A stretch of 57,279 nucleotides of DNA from Octopus sinensis (lineage: Eukaryota): NCBI RefSeq assembly GCF_006345805.1, contig NW_021833625.1, forward strand, positions 1 through 57,279, in the 5' to 3' direction. Made by a program: the position numbers and the translations under genes. The notes beneath the pieces are model-generated. The model was not told where the DNA came from and searched no databases. It saw only the letters and a program-made list of their open reading frames with translations. This document shows positions 12,501 to 23,700 of this stretch, one piece after another; positions within the stretch are counted from its first letter, which is position 1, and every line of letters starts with the position of its first letter.

Positions 12501-13012
12501 CTATATATATAAAACTGTAGTTGTGTGAGTGTCTGTCCCCTTCGATTTAGATTCCTAACTACTCCCACATTTTGCGGTGCAGTTTAACCAATTTCGGGTA
12601 TCTTATAGTCGTGATTTATGTCGAGCCCGTCTGAGTATTAGCGCGCGTCTACGATGAGTCTACGATTTTAAAAATAATTTAACATCATTTTTTATTCCAT
12701 TTTAATGCATAATTTTTCGTGTGTCGATGGAGGCGGAGTTGGCGTCCATGGTCACACCTGCACCTGTTTCCTTCTCCACCTTCTTCCCTCCCTCGTGAAG
12801 CTGTGGGGAAGGGAGTGTAAGGAAATCAACGTCGTAAAGCGTTGTCAAGGAGACCAGCGTTCTTTTAGAACAACGACTTCATGGCTTGGAGACACCAAAA
12901 CAGAAATGGCTAAGAAAGCCCGAATTGGCATCTATAAGGGAAGTAACTCTCTAAAAATGCTTATATAGTTATTTCCCTTACAGACCCGAGCAACGCCGGG
13001 CGATACTGTTAG
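12500..13012 (+). mobile_element. Non-autonomous Helitron-like element, long form
   Basis: A|TCTATATATATAAAA 5' end. 3' hairpin cccgagcaacgccggg then atactgTTAG|T (CTAG variant). No TSD. About 210 bp of extra internal sequence relative to sister copies. Confidence 0.8.
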
Positions 13013-13495
13013 TTATGTATAAATATTACTTTTAAAGGCATTTTTTGATATACTGGCCATTGATGAAAAAAATTTTATCCTATATTAATTATATATATAT
13101 ATAATCGTACCATAATTGATTTAGCCTTTCATCTTTTCGCACGATCGATAGCATGATATACCTGTCAGACACTAGGGTTCCGTTCTCTCGACTACAACGT
13201 ATGCTAATATGTGTATCTTTGTAGTCATGTAATAATTATTTTAGTCAGGTTTTCAGTAGAAATTAATGCTTTTCTTTTCGAATTTTTTATCTAGATCTGT
13301 TGAGTAGTTTAGCCTTTTGTTCTATATCCAAAGTAATGATATATAAATACGGGTGTGTGTATTAATAGTGTTGTATGAAACGTCACTGTAAAGGTTCATA
13401 TAGATGCAAATATTCGTTATATAAGGACTTTGTTTGCAATCATATTCGATTGATTTTACTTGCCTAAAGAGAAAGGCAAACGAGATATACATATA

Positions 13496-13900
13496 ATGGC
13501 TGTGTGGTAAGTAGCTTGTTTACCAACCACATGGTTCCGGGTTCAGTCCCACTGCGTGGCACCTTGGGCAAGTGTCTTCTACTATAGCCTCGGGCCGACC
13601 AAAGCCTTGTGAGTGGACTTGTAGACGGAAACTGAAAGAAGCCCGTCGTATATATCTCTCTCTCTATATATATGTATGTGTGCGTGTATGTCTGTGTTTG
13701 TCCCCCCAACATCGCTCGACAACCGATGCTGGTGTGTTTATTTCCCCGTCACTTAGCGGCTCGGCAAAAAGTGACCGATAGAATAAATACTGGGCTTACA
13801 AAGAATAAGTCCCGGGGTCGAGTTGCTCGATTAAAAAGACGGTGCTCCAGCATGGCCGCAGTCAAATGACTGAAACAAGTAAAAGAAAGAAAAGAAAGAA
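13496..13900 (+). mobile_element. Family A SINE, full length, with internal microsatellite
   Basis: tggctgtgtgg / ggttcagtccc boxes, CORE-like caccttgggcaagtgtctt, tail ggtgctccagcatggccgcagtcaaatgactgaaacaagtaaaaga. Confidence 0.9.
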
Positions 13901-14122
13901 TACGTGAGCGTGCTGAAAAGGTCCTGGCTTTAGGTAAAAGAAAATATGGGTGGATCAGTTAATTATGATTTTATTCAACATATTCCCCTCTCAGATTGAA
14001 ACAGTATTTGCAGCGGTCCTTCAGTTTTCCTAAGCGTTGTAAAAGAACTCAGAAGTGTGGCCCTCCAACCGGGCCTATCATGACATCCTTAAAACAGAGA
14101 ATGCTTCAAGTACCCCGACGTA
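13901..14122 (-). mobile_element. Mariner-derived MITE
   Basis: TA at both ends. Degenerate TIRs (tacgtgagcgtgctgaaaaggtcctggcttt / ...tcaagtaccccgacgta). Minus strand encodes ..KLKDRCKYCFNLRGEYVE*, resembling the mariner transposase C-terminus. Confidence 0.7.
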
Positions 14123-14140
14123 TATAAGTGAGGAAGAGAT

Positions 14141-14526
14141 GGAAGCACTCCGTCGGTTACGACGATGAGGGTTCCGGTTGATCCGAATCAACGGAACAGC
14201 CTGCTCGTGAAATTAACGAGTAAGTGGCTGAGCACTCCACAGACACGTATACCCTTAACGTAGTTCTCGGGGATATTCAGCGTGACACAGAGAGTGACAA
14301 GGCCGGCCCTTCGAAATACTGGTACAACAGAAGCAGGAAGTAAGAGTGAGAGAAAGTTGTGGTGAAAGAGTACAGCAGGGATCACCACCATCCCCTGCCG
14401 GAGCCTCGTGGAGCTTTAGGTGTTTTCGCTCAATAAACACTCACAATGCCCGGGAATCTGGGAATCGAAACCGCAATCCTATGACCGCGAGTCCGCTGCC
14501 CTAACCACTGGGCCATTGCGCCTCCA
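14141..14526 (-). mobile_element. Family B SINE
   Basis: Full-length reverse copy, ggaagcactccgtcgg...ggccattgcgcctcca. Confidence 0.9.
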
Positions 14527-14609
14527 CTGAGGACGAGATAAATGGTATACGATAAATATGGGCGCAAATGCAGAAATAAATGAAAAACAAAAATCATTAT
14601 TTATAATAG

Positions 14610-14760
14610 GCGCATGCAAAAAGTTTCCTTTCCAACCACGTAGTTTATGGTTCAGTTTTACTGTGTGCAACCTTGGACGAGTGTCTCCTACAATATTCTC
14701 GGGTCGACAACAGCCTTGTGAGTGGATTTGGTAGACGGAAACTGATGGAAGCTCGTACTA
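14610..14760 (+). mobile_element. Family A SINE 5' half, diverged
   Basis: caaccacgtag...ggttcag...accttggacgagtgtct...ccttgtgagtggatttggtagacggaaac. Confidence 0.7.
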
Positions 14761-14839
14761 CATATATATAAATGCGTGTGTGTATGTGTGTGTATGTATA
14801 TATAAGAAAGAGAGAAAGTATATAATATTCATATATATA

Positions 14840-15030
14840 TTGATAGATCGCTAGCCACTACACATTCTTTATTTCCTCTCCTTGTTTATTTCTTTGCTCC
14901 TTTTTGTGGAAGGGCATAGGCTCGAAACGTTAAAGACTTCTTCACTTTCCGAGCGTTATACTAATACACCTGTTTGTTGTTCATACCACCTATTTTCGTT
15001 TCTTGTCTTTTTTTGTGAATTCACCCCATA
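14840..15030 (+). repeat. Interspersed repeat with degenerate minimal hammerhead-like motif (14900-14935)
   Basis: cttt-TTGTGGA-A-GGGC atag GCTC-GAAAC-GTT-aaag. Stems I and II pair. Two core positions deviate from CUGANGA. Confidence 0.45.
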
Positions 15031-15036
15031 TATATA

Positions 15037-15080
<44 letters not shown>

Positions 15081-15093
15081 CACTGTGTGTTTG

Positions 15094-15769
<676 letters not shown>

Positions 15770-15773
<4 letters not shown>

Positions 15774-15963
15774 CCTTTCTACAATAGGGATAAGGCCTGA
15801 AATTTGATGGGAGGAGACTAGTCAATTATATCGATCCCAGTGTTTCACTGGTATTTAATTTATAGACCTCAAAAGGATGAAAGGCAAAGTAGACCGCTAC
15901 CGAATTTCAACTCAGAATGAAGCATTTCCACCCGGCGTGATATCGTTTCTACCAGCTCGCCGA
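15770..15963 (-). mobile_element. Family C SINE with (TTA)n tail
   Basis: ggatgaaaggcaaagtagacc core, head to ccagctcgcc, adjoining (AAT)n at 15737-15773. Confidence 0.75.
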
Positions 15964-15964
15964 C

Positions 15965-15965
15965 T

Positions 15966-16006
<41 letters not shown>

Positions 16007-16106
16007 ATAGTAATAATAGTATTAATATTAATGATGATGATGATAATCATAATAATAAGGATGATAATGATAATAATAACGATGATGATAATGATAATAA
16101 TAATAA

Positions 16107-16151
<45 letters not shown>

Positions 16152-16164
16152 CCGCAGCAGCAAC

Positions 16165-16230
<66 letters not shown>

Positions 16231-16232
16231 AT
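15965..16232. repeat. Compound trinucleotide microsatellite (ACT)n/(AAT,GAT)n/(AGT)n
   Basis: Directly visible. Confidence 0.95.
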
Positions 16233-16455
16233 ATATACATATATATATGTGTGTTTGTATATGTCTGTTTGCATGTGTAGATGTGTGTATGTGTTTGTGT
16301 GCGTATATATATATATATATGCGCTCAATTTTTATAAAAGTATATTTATTTTTTATTATTATTAAAACAAGTTAAAATTATTAATATAAGGGACAAATAA
16401 TTTTACTCTATATTTTTGCAAGTATGAAAATGCAAATATAAATAAAAGGATACAG

Positions 16456-16745
16456 TACTGCAATAGTCAGGGTTTCAAGGGTCCGCAATTGTTCAACATC
16501 CTTCCAGGCAACGTTTCAGATCTACATGGTGTTGATATGGAAGTTTTCAAGGAACCTCTGGACAGGTTTCTGTCTCAGATACCAGATGAACCCACATCGC
16601 AGCAGGAGACGCAAAGAAAAGCAGCTCCGTCCATCTCGCTACTTCACCCAAAACAGTACTGGAAACAGCACTGAGTAACAACAGGTGATGCACCAGCATG
16701 ATCTCAGCCCTGGGCTGAAGCCAGTGAAAGATGAATTATAAAAGA
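16456..16745 (+). mobile_element. CR1/L2-group LINE 3' end
   Basis: NSQGFKGPQLFNILPGNVSDLHGVDMEVFKEPLDRFLSQIPDEPT...SISLLH, then tail ggtgatgcaccagcatgatctcagccctgggctgaagccagtgaaaga. Same family as the 3' end of the 47461-48900 element. Confidence 0.75.
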
Positions 16746-17282
16746 TACGTTTTCACATAAATGTTTTCGTATTACAGTTTATCCATGAAATCTAGCAATA
16801 GTTTACATAGCTTTCAAAATTAACAATGATATTCATTGTTAACGAAAATGATCATGATGAACAAGAATATTCAGCAATAGGCAAGCATAGTTAGTGTTAA
16901 ATGTTACCAAGAATGTTTAGGTATAATGAAAATGTTCTGGGTTAACAAATATGTTTAAGTTTTAAAAAATTGTTCAATGTTTTACAAATGCCCTGTGAAA
17001 AATATCCTTGCAATGTCGGCAATTTCTAGTTTACTATTTCCTGGAACTTATGTGGGTTTAGCCTCTATTTTTATACGCTTTTATCCCAAAGCTTGAGATC
17101 ACGTTAGCGTAGAGGAAAAAAAAATAAAGAAAAGAAGATATTCGAAAAATTCAAAAGATGCCAGTTGGCAGTAATCTTAAAGGAGTGAATATCATAGATC
17201 AGAGGACAACAAGGCGATGGTAGTAAGTTCCAAACTCTAGAAGTTCCAAAAAATAAGTTATTAATATGGTTATTTATATAGA

Positions 17283-17670
17283 CGTAGGAGTGGCTGTGTG
17301 GTAAGTAGCTTGCTTACCAACCACATGGTTCCCCGTTCAGTCCTACTGCTATAGCCTCGGGCTGACCAAAGCCTTGTGATTCGATTTGGTAGACGGAAAC
17401 TGATAGAAGCCCGTCGTATATATGTGTATATATGCGTGTGCGTGTATATGTTTGTGTGTCTGTGTTTGTTTCCTCAAAATCGCTTGACAACCGATGCTGG
17501 TGTGTTTGCGTCCGCGTAACTTAACGATTCGACAAAAGACACCGATAGAGTAAGTACTAGACTTACAAAGAATAAGTCCCGGGATCGATTTGCTCGACTA
17601 AAGGCGGTGCTCCAGCGTGGCCACAGTCAAATGACTGAAACAAGTAAAAGAGTAAAGAAAGAGTTAAGAG
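17283..17670 (+). mobile_element. Family A SINE, near full length
   Basis: ggagtggctgtgtggtaagtagc...gactgaaacaagtaaaagagtaaag, with an internal deletion in the CORE-like part. Confidence 0.9.
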
Positions 17671-18713
17671 TAATATAAAGAACATATGTCTAGCGGGGAA
17701 ACTCAACAGAGAGACGATGGGAAGAGACACATACTTGATTTGTCAATGCCTTACAGAGATGAAAGCTGTATATCACTCTAGCAGCGGCCATTACAAATAG
17801 GATAATAGACACGTTTGTTAACAGCCATAATGTTTCAACAGCTAGATCAGTGCAATTCTTTAGCTTTTCAGCTCAGTACACTGCGACACTAGAGTCATTT
17901 GGTTTTTGCTATGTCGTTAATTAATATGCTATTGTCGTTTATATCATGGGGAATGACGTCAAGTTTATTATTTGCGCTGTGGTGGTCTATATCTCTCTGT
18001 GTAACTTCTACAATGCTATAGTATTTCCTCATTGTCATTTTCTAAGACAGGTGAAAATTCACGTATATGTTGTAGAGAGCATTCATTTGAAGTAGAGAAA
18101 GATTGGTAGCTAGATGTATGTAAAAGAGACTTCGCTGCGTTATTGTGCTTCAAGTATAATTTGTCCTAACTAATTGGGGACATCGTGATTCAGTGTAGTA
18201 CAGATATTTCCCATACGCGACACCTCTTATCTATATCATAAGCGTTTTTGGATATTCCTTTTAACAATTCTTTTAGCAATGACTTATTTTTGTATCGACA
18301 ATATTTCTGCTTACACTGACACACTCGGAGTTTGATTTGTGCATTCAGGCCAAATGTAGTGTTATTTCTGTATATAAATACATTCAAACAAATATACAAT
18401 AAAATAATTTATAAAGGCGATCTGCGAGCGTTGCTTCAGTTCCTTTGTTTAACAATTTCATGTCACTAGATACACTTGGTAACAATTAGCGAAACTAGGA
18501 TTTCCGAGATGCGTGAACTGGGATTAGGGATCTATATTCGGGCGATAGGAGATAACACATCGCTTAGACGATCTGGATTGGTAGACAGAGTGATAGAGTC
18601 GTTTTTAAATGCATGTGGGCGGCAACGAAGTGAGCACATATTTTCTGATGCTTTAAGTTCAATATTTTGCCGTTCAAATCTGTATCAGTTTCTTGTTATT
18701 ATTTTATCAGTAC

Positions 18714-19110
18714 TAAAGCGGCGAGCTGGCAGAATCGTTAGCACGCCGGGCGAAATGCTTAGCGGTATTTTGTCTGCCGCTACGTTTTGAGTTCAAATTC
18801 CGCCGAGGTCGACTTTGCCATTCATCCTTTCGGGGTCGATTAAATAAGTACCAGTTACGCCCTGGGGTCGATGTAATCGACTTAATCCGTGAGTCTGTCC
18901 TTGTTTGTCCTCTCTGTGTTTAGCCACTTGTGGTTAGTAAAGAAATAGGTATTTGTTCTGTCGCTACGTTCTGAGTTCAAATTCCGCCGAGGTCGACTTT
19001 GCCTTTCATCCTTTCGGGATCGATAAAACAAGTACCAGGTGAACACTGGGGCCGATGTAATCGACTCATCTCCACCCCACCCCCTAAGCTACCCTTGTGA
19101 CAAAAATTTG
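18714..19110 (+). mobile_element. Family C SINE tandem dimer
   Basis: Head + core + tail X, junction gaaataggtattt, then a headless core + tail Y. Confidence 0.85.
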
Positions 19111-19164
19111 AAAAACTGATTTTATCAGTACCGATATAATAGATTAACAATTACGTTTTATCCT

Positions 19165-19652
<488 letters not shown>

Positions 19653-19814
19653 AAACTTTCTTGGGAATTTAAAAGATATTTGGAAACGTAAATGACTGCC
19701 CTTTTACGCCTTCTCACTAATAATACTCGGAAACCGTTATCTCTGCAAAGGATGTATCGTCATTGGGTGCCATACTTAATGTCCAGTATGGAATATGTTA
19801 TAATAGATATTTCT

Positions 19815-20005
19815 TAATACAATACACTTCTCTATTTTAGAGATGAGGAATTCTGTACATTGCTTATATTATTTACATTGGACGGATATGTGTCCTTATC
19901 TAGTTTGTTGTTACCAGCCCCTTTCGGCTGATTTACTTTCCAGCCTTCATCCTGTGCCCTGGTAGAATTTTGAACCCAACCCTGGGTTCTCATTCCTTGG
20001 GTACT
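19815..20005 (-). repeat. Hammerhead-bearing repeat family H1, degenerate copy
   Basis: Homologous to 21361-21508. Motif reads cac-AGGATGA-A-GGCTG gaaagtaaat CAGCC-GAAA (core and cleavage site mutated). Confidence 0.65.
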
Positions 20006-20007
20006 TA

Positions 20008-20038
<31 letters not shown>

Positions 20039-20063
20039 TAATAATAATAATAATAATAATAAT

Positions 20064-20368
20064 AGTGAAACCTGATGACTAAAACAATACCTGTTGTCAA
20101 TAGGTGCCCTAGGAATGATAGCAAAAGGAGATGATTGCTCCCTAGCTCAGATACCAGAAAATCCCAAAATGGCAGAAATTCAAAAGATAGTGCGCATGGG
20201 AACTGCCCACATCCTACGTAAAATACTGTCTATGTAATCTCAAATTTTAAAACAAGCTCATAATTTTCTTATGGTTTCTTAAAACTTTCTAGAACAATAC
20301 TTTGTGCAAAACCAAAGATAAGGTACCCTAGGCATACCGCCAACGTGAACTTCTAACTTGTTGTCTCT
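20064..20368 (+). mobile_element. R4/Dong-like non-LTR retrotransposon 3' fragment (RLE C-terminus plus part of 3' UTR)
   Basis: *NLMTKTIPVV/IGALGMIAKG...EIQKIVRMGTAHILRKILSM* (one stop, one frameshift). (AAT)n on both sides. Confidence 0.75.
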
Positions 20369-20418
20369 ATGATAATAATAATAATAATAATCATAATAAT
20401 AATAATAATAATAATATT

Positions 20419-21005
20419 CACAGACATGACAGAGTTGGAACCTACATACACTGGAAGCTATGCCAACATTATGGAATAACAACAGAAAAAAGGTGGTATA
20501 GGCACACACCAGAAAAGGTCACAGAAAACAAGAAAGCCACCATACTCTGGGAGATGCTGATACACACAGATAGAGGAATTAAGGCCAACAGACCAGATAT
20601 AGTTGTCAGACATCATGAAGAAAAAAAATGCTTTCTAATTGATGTATCAATACCGGCAGATGACAACGTTTCTCTAAAAGAAATGGAAAAACTTTCAAAA
20701 TACAAAGATCTGGAAATAGAGGTAACCAGAATGTGGAATCTAAAAACAGAAACAATTCCTATCATAGTAGGTGCATTAGGCATGATAAAAAAATATTCAG
20801 ACAAATACATAACAAAAACACCAGGACTTACAAACACATATAACATACAGAAAATTGCACTACTAGGCACTGCACACATCCTACGCAGAACACTTTCCAT
20901 ACAATAGCCACCAAAGCATCACAACAAATCACAGCACATACCTAAGGCATACAGAGCTGCGCTCGGTAGTGAAGTGAAAGCACGCTATAAAAATAAAACT
21001 ACTGA
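20419..21005 (+). mobile_element. R4/Dong-like non-LTR retrotransposon 3' fragment; open RLE-domain frame 20419-20907
   Basis: HRHDRVGTYIHWKLC..Y...WYRHTP..V.EN....ILWEM.I.TD....NRPDIVV...CFLIDV..P.D.N...KE.EKLSKY.DL..E..RMW...IPIIVGALG...LGTAHILRR is the R4-clade restriction-like endonuclease region. Uninterrupted frame, flanked by (AAT)n. Confidence 0.85.
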
Positions 21006-21044
21006 ATAATAATAATAATGATGATAATAATAATAGTAATAATG

Positions 21045-21076
<32 letters not shown>

Positions 21077-21314
21077 CGGGTTAACTGGAACGACTCAAGT
21101 ACTGAGAAGAGCATTATCGCTGTGAAAACAACATCCATTCATGAATTTATTTATTTATTAATTTTTTTTATATACATATTTTACCCGTGAATTTTTGCGT
21201 GTGTAATCTGGGAAAGCTTACAACGAGCTTCTCTGCCCTAGGTTTACGGAAAACACTCGGCGAGAAATGGAAGAAAATTTGGAGAAAGAAGGGGAAATAA
21301 TAATAATAATAATA

Positions 21315-21349
<35 letters not shown>

Positions 21350-21360
21350 TATCAGTAAAA

Positions 21361-21508
21361 AGTACCTTAGGAATCAGAACCTGGAGTTGGGTTCAAAAAG
21401 CTATCAGGACACCTGATGAAGGCTGGAGAGTAAATCAGCCGAAAGGTTGTGGTATGAACAAACAAGATGAGGACAAATATCTGTCCACTGTAAATAATGT
21501 AAATAATG
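21361..21508 (+). repeat. Hammerhead-bearing repeat family H1; minimal type-I hammerhead-like motif at 21409-21452
   Basis: acac-CTGATGA-A-GGCTG gagagtaaat CAGCC-GAAA-g-GTT-gtg. Exact CUGAUGA and GAAA, 5-bp stem II, stem I cac/gtg. Tail (taaataatg)2. Confidence 0.65.
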
Positions 21509-21598
21509 TTCTGAATACAATCTACGTAATTTAGTTCTGTCAAGCGTCTGCCCAATTCCACTTATAGCTGGCGCTGGCAATATGTTGAGGGCACAGAT

Positions 21599-21730
21599 TC
21601 CGCCGAGGTCAACTTTACCCTTCATTCTTTCGAGTCTGATAACATAAGTACTAGCTGAACACTAGAGTCATTGTATTCGAAATAACCCATTCCCTGAAAT
21701 TGTTCGCCTCGGGCCAAAATCTGAAGCCAG
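21599..21730 (+). mobile_element. 5'-truncated family C SINE with 18-bp TSD
   Basis: tatgttga(g/a)ggcacagat at 21581-21598 and 21731-21748 flanks ccgccgaggtcaacttt...aagtactag. Confidence 0.8.
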
Positions 21731-21794
21731 TATGTTGAAGGCACAGATATTGTTTTGTTATTGGGATTCAGTTTTTTTTATATTTCTTTACTGC

Positions 21795-21965
21795 TGACGG
21801 AATCGGTAGCATGCTGAGAAAAATGCTTAGCATTTCGTCCGTCGTTACGTTCTGAATTCATATTCAACCAGGATTGACTTTGCCATCATCTTTCCAGGTT
21901 GATGATATACGTACCAGCTGAGCCCCTCCCCACCAAAATTGCTGGCCTTCTGCCAAAATTTTAAA
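21795..21965 (+). mobile_element. Family C SINE, diverged
   Basis: ggaatcggtagcatgc...aaatgcttagcatttcgtcc...ttgactttgccatcatc...gtaccag. Confidence 0.65.
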
Positions 21966-21982
21966 TAATTTCTTTGATGTAG

Positions 21983-22225
21983 AGCGGCGAACTAGCAGAA
22001 TCAGCAACCCGCCGGATAATATACTTGGCGGCATTTCGTCCGTCTTTACGTTTTGAGTGCAAATTCCAATGAGATGCAAAACCAAATATATGACACCCTA
22101 TGCATAGCACCAACATGAACTTCTAGCTTGTTGTCTCTTGAGGTCTCTGGGTATGACTTGGAGCCAACTTGTACACATGCAAGGAAAAAGTCAAACAGAA
22201 AATAATAATAATAATAATAATAATA

Positions 22226-22268
<43 letters not shown>

Positions 22269-22275
22269 CGATGAC

Positions 22276-22309
<34 letters not shown>

Positions 22310-22430
22310 GTAATGCCTTTTATCTTTTCGGGGCTGATAAAATAGGTACCGGTTGAGTAGGGGAGTCGATGTAATCGAGTTACACGCTTCCACAAAATTG
22401 CTGGGCTTGTGCCAAAATTTGAAACCAATA
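21983..22430 (+). mobile_element. Family C SINE interrupted (about 22070-22310) by an R4-like 3' UTR fragment and (AAT)n(GAT)n
   Basis: Head ends gagtgcaaattcc and core resumes gccttttatcttttcggggctgataaaataggtacc. The insert shares gcaaaaccaaa...caac.tgaacttcta.cttgttgtctct with 20310-20368. Confidence 0.7.
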
Positions 22431-22444
22431 TTTTTTTACCGTTT

Positions 22445-22880
22445 CTTTTATATTTTATTTGTTTAAATCATTAGACAGCGGCCATGCTGGAGCACCACCT
22501 TGAAAAATTTTAGTCAATCGAATTGACCCCACTAACTTGTGTTTTTTTTAATGCCTGATACTTATTCTAACGGTCTCTCTCTACCGAACCGCTAGTTGAA
22601 TGATGGAAATGTAAACCCACCAGGACCCGTTTCTCAAGAGATGTTGAGGTGTGAGGGATAAACACAAACACCTCCCCTCCCAACACGCAAAGACTCATAC
22701 ACACATACACACATATGACGGGCATTTTTCAGTTTATGTCTACCAAATCCACTCAGAAGTCTTTGGTTAGCCCGGGACTACAGTAGACGACTGTTGTCCA
22801 AGATTCCAGCCAGTGGGACTGAACACGAAACCATGTGGTTTGGAAACAGACTTCATACTCCATAGCAACGCTTGTGCCTA
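22445..22880 (-). mobile_element. Family A SINE, diverged
   Basis: gcggccatgctggagcaccacc tail and accaaatccactcagaag...accatgtgg head, both reversed. Confidence 0.75.
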
Positions 22881-23166
22881 TGCAAAAGTATGTATTTCTC
22901 TCCCGTTTAAATACATCTCATGCAAGTGGACGAAAGTGCAGCTCTCGCCAATGCTCAAATATTTGTAAAATGTATTAGAGCCTTTTTATGGTATTCAAAA
23001 TCCTTATCTCTAATGTTTTGTCTCCCTCGTTTATTGCCAGATCTCTTAATTACTCAGTAACAAAAGACAACTTAATTTCTTTGATTAACGGATTGACGAT
23101 ACTCAAGAGAATCTTAATCTTGGGACTGTTTGGGATATTCATTATCAGTTTCTTCAGGAAGACGTC

Positions 23167-23292
23167 CTAGGAATAGCACCAACACGAACTTCTAACTTGT
23201 TGTCTCTTGAGGTCTCTGAGTGAGACTTGGAGCCAATTTGTATAAATGCAAGGCAAAAATCAAGCATATAAAAAAAAAATAATAATAATAAT
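23167..23292 (+). mobile_element. R4-like element 3' UTR fragment with A/(AAT)n tail
   Basis: cctaggaatagcaccaacacgaacttctaacttgttgtctcttgaggtctctg...gacttggagccaa matches 22100-22200. Confidence 0.65.
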
Positions 23293-23547
23293 AAAATTTT
23301 AATAATACTGGATATGCCTGATCGTCTCTTTTTTAATATGATTAGTTTTATAAACACTAGTGTTTTATAAACACACTAGCATCTTTTCTAATATGATTTG
23401 TTTTATAAATTTGCCAATTGAAAAGTAACTAACGTAAGATTTCGTTGTACTCTCTCGTAGTCCGAGAAAGACTATTCTGCAATTTGTTACTGAAGAACGT
23501 GCATACATGATTTGTTTATAGTGATTAAATTCTTGCGCTGTACATTC

Positions 23548-23700
23548 AGGATGAGGTACTGAAGGACAGCCTCAGGATGTTGAACCTTTCGGACGAGATG
23601 AAAAAGGACCAAGATACCTGGTATCTTGCGGCACTCAAAAAGACCCGTCCTCCACAGTAGAAACCACGATCTTGCAATCGTCGGGGGAACACCCTAACCA
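23548..23700 (+). mobile_element. Probable RTE-clade LINE 3' end
   Basis: DEVLKDSLRMLNLSDEMKKDQDTWYLAALKKTRPPQ* resembles the RTE ORF C-terminus (WxEVxxxDL...DRxxW). Recognition by motif only. Confidence 0.5.

Noticed and set aside
18476-18790. 104-aa ORF in partly unique sequence
   Set aside because: It starts at a non-ATG codon, runs into a SINE and has no recognisable motif.
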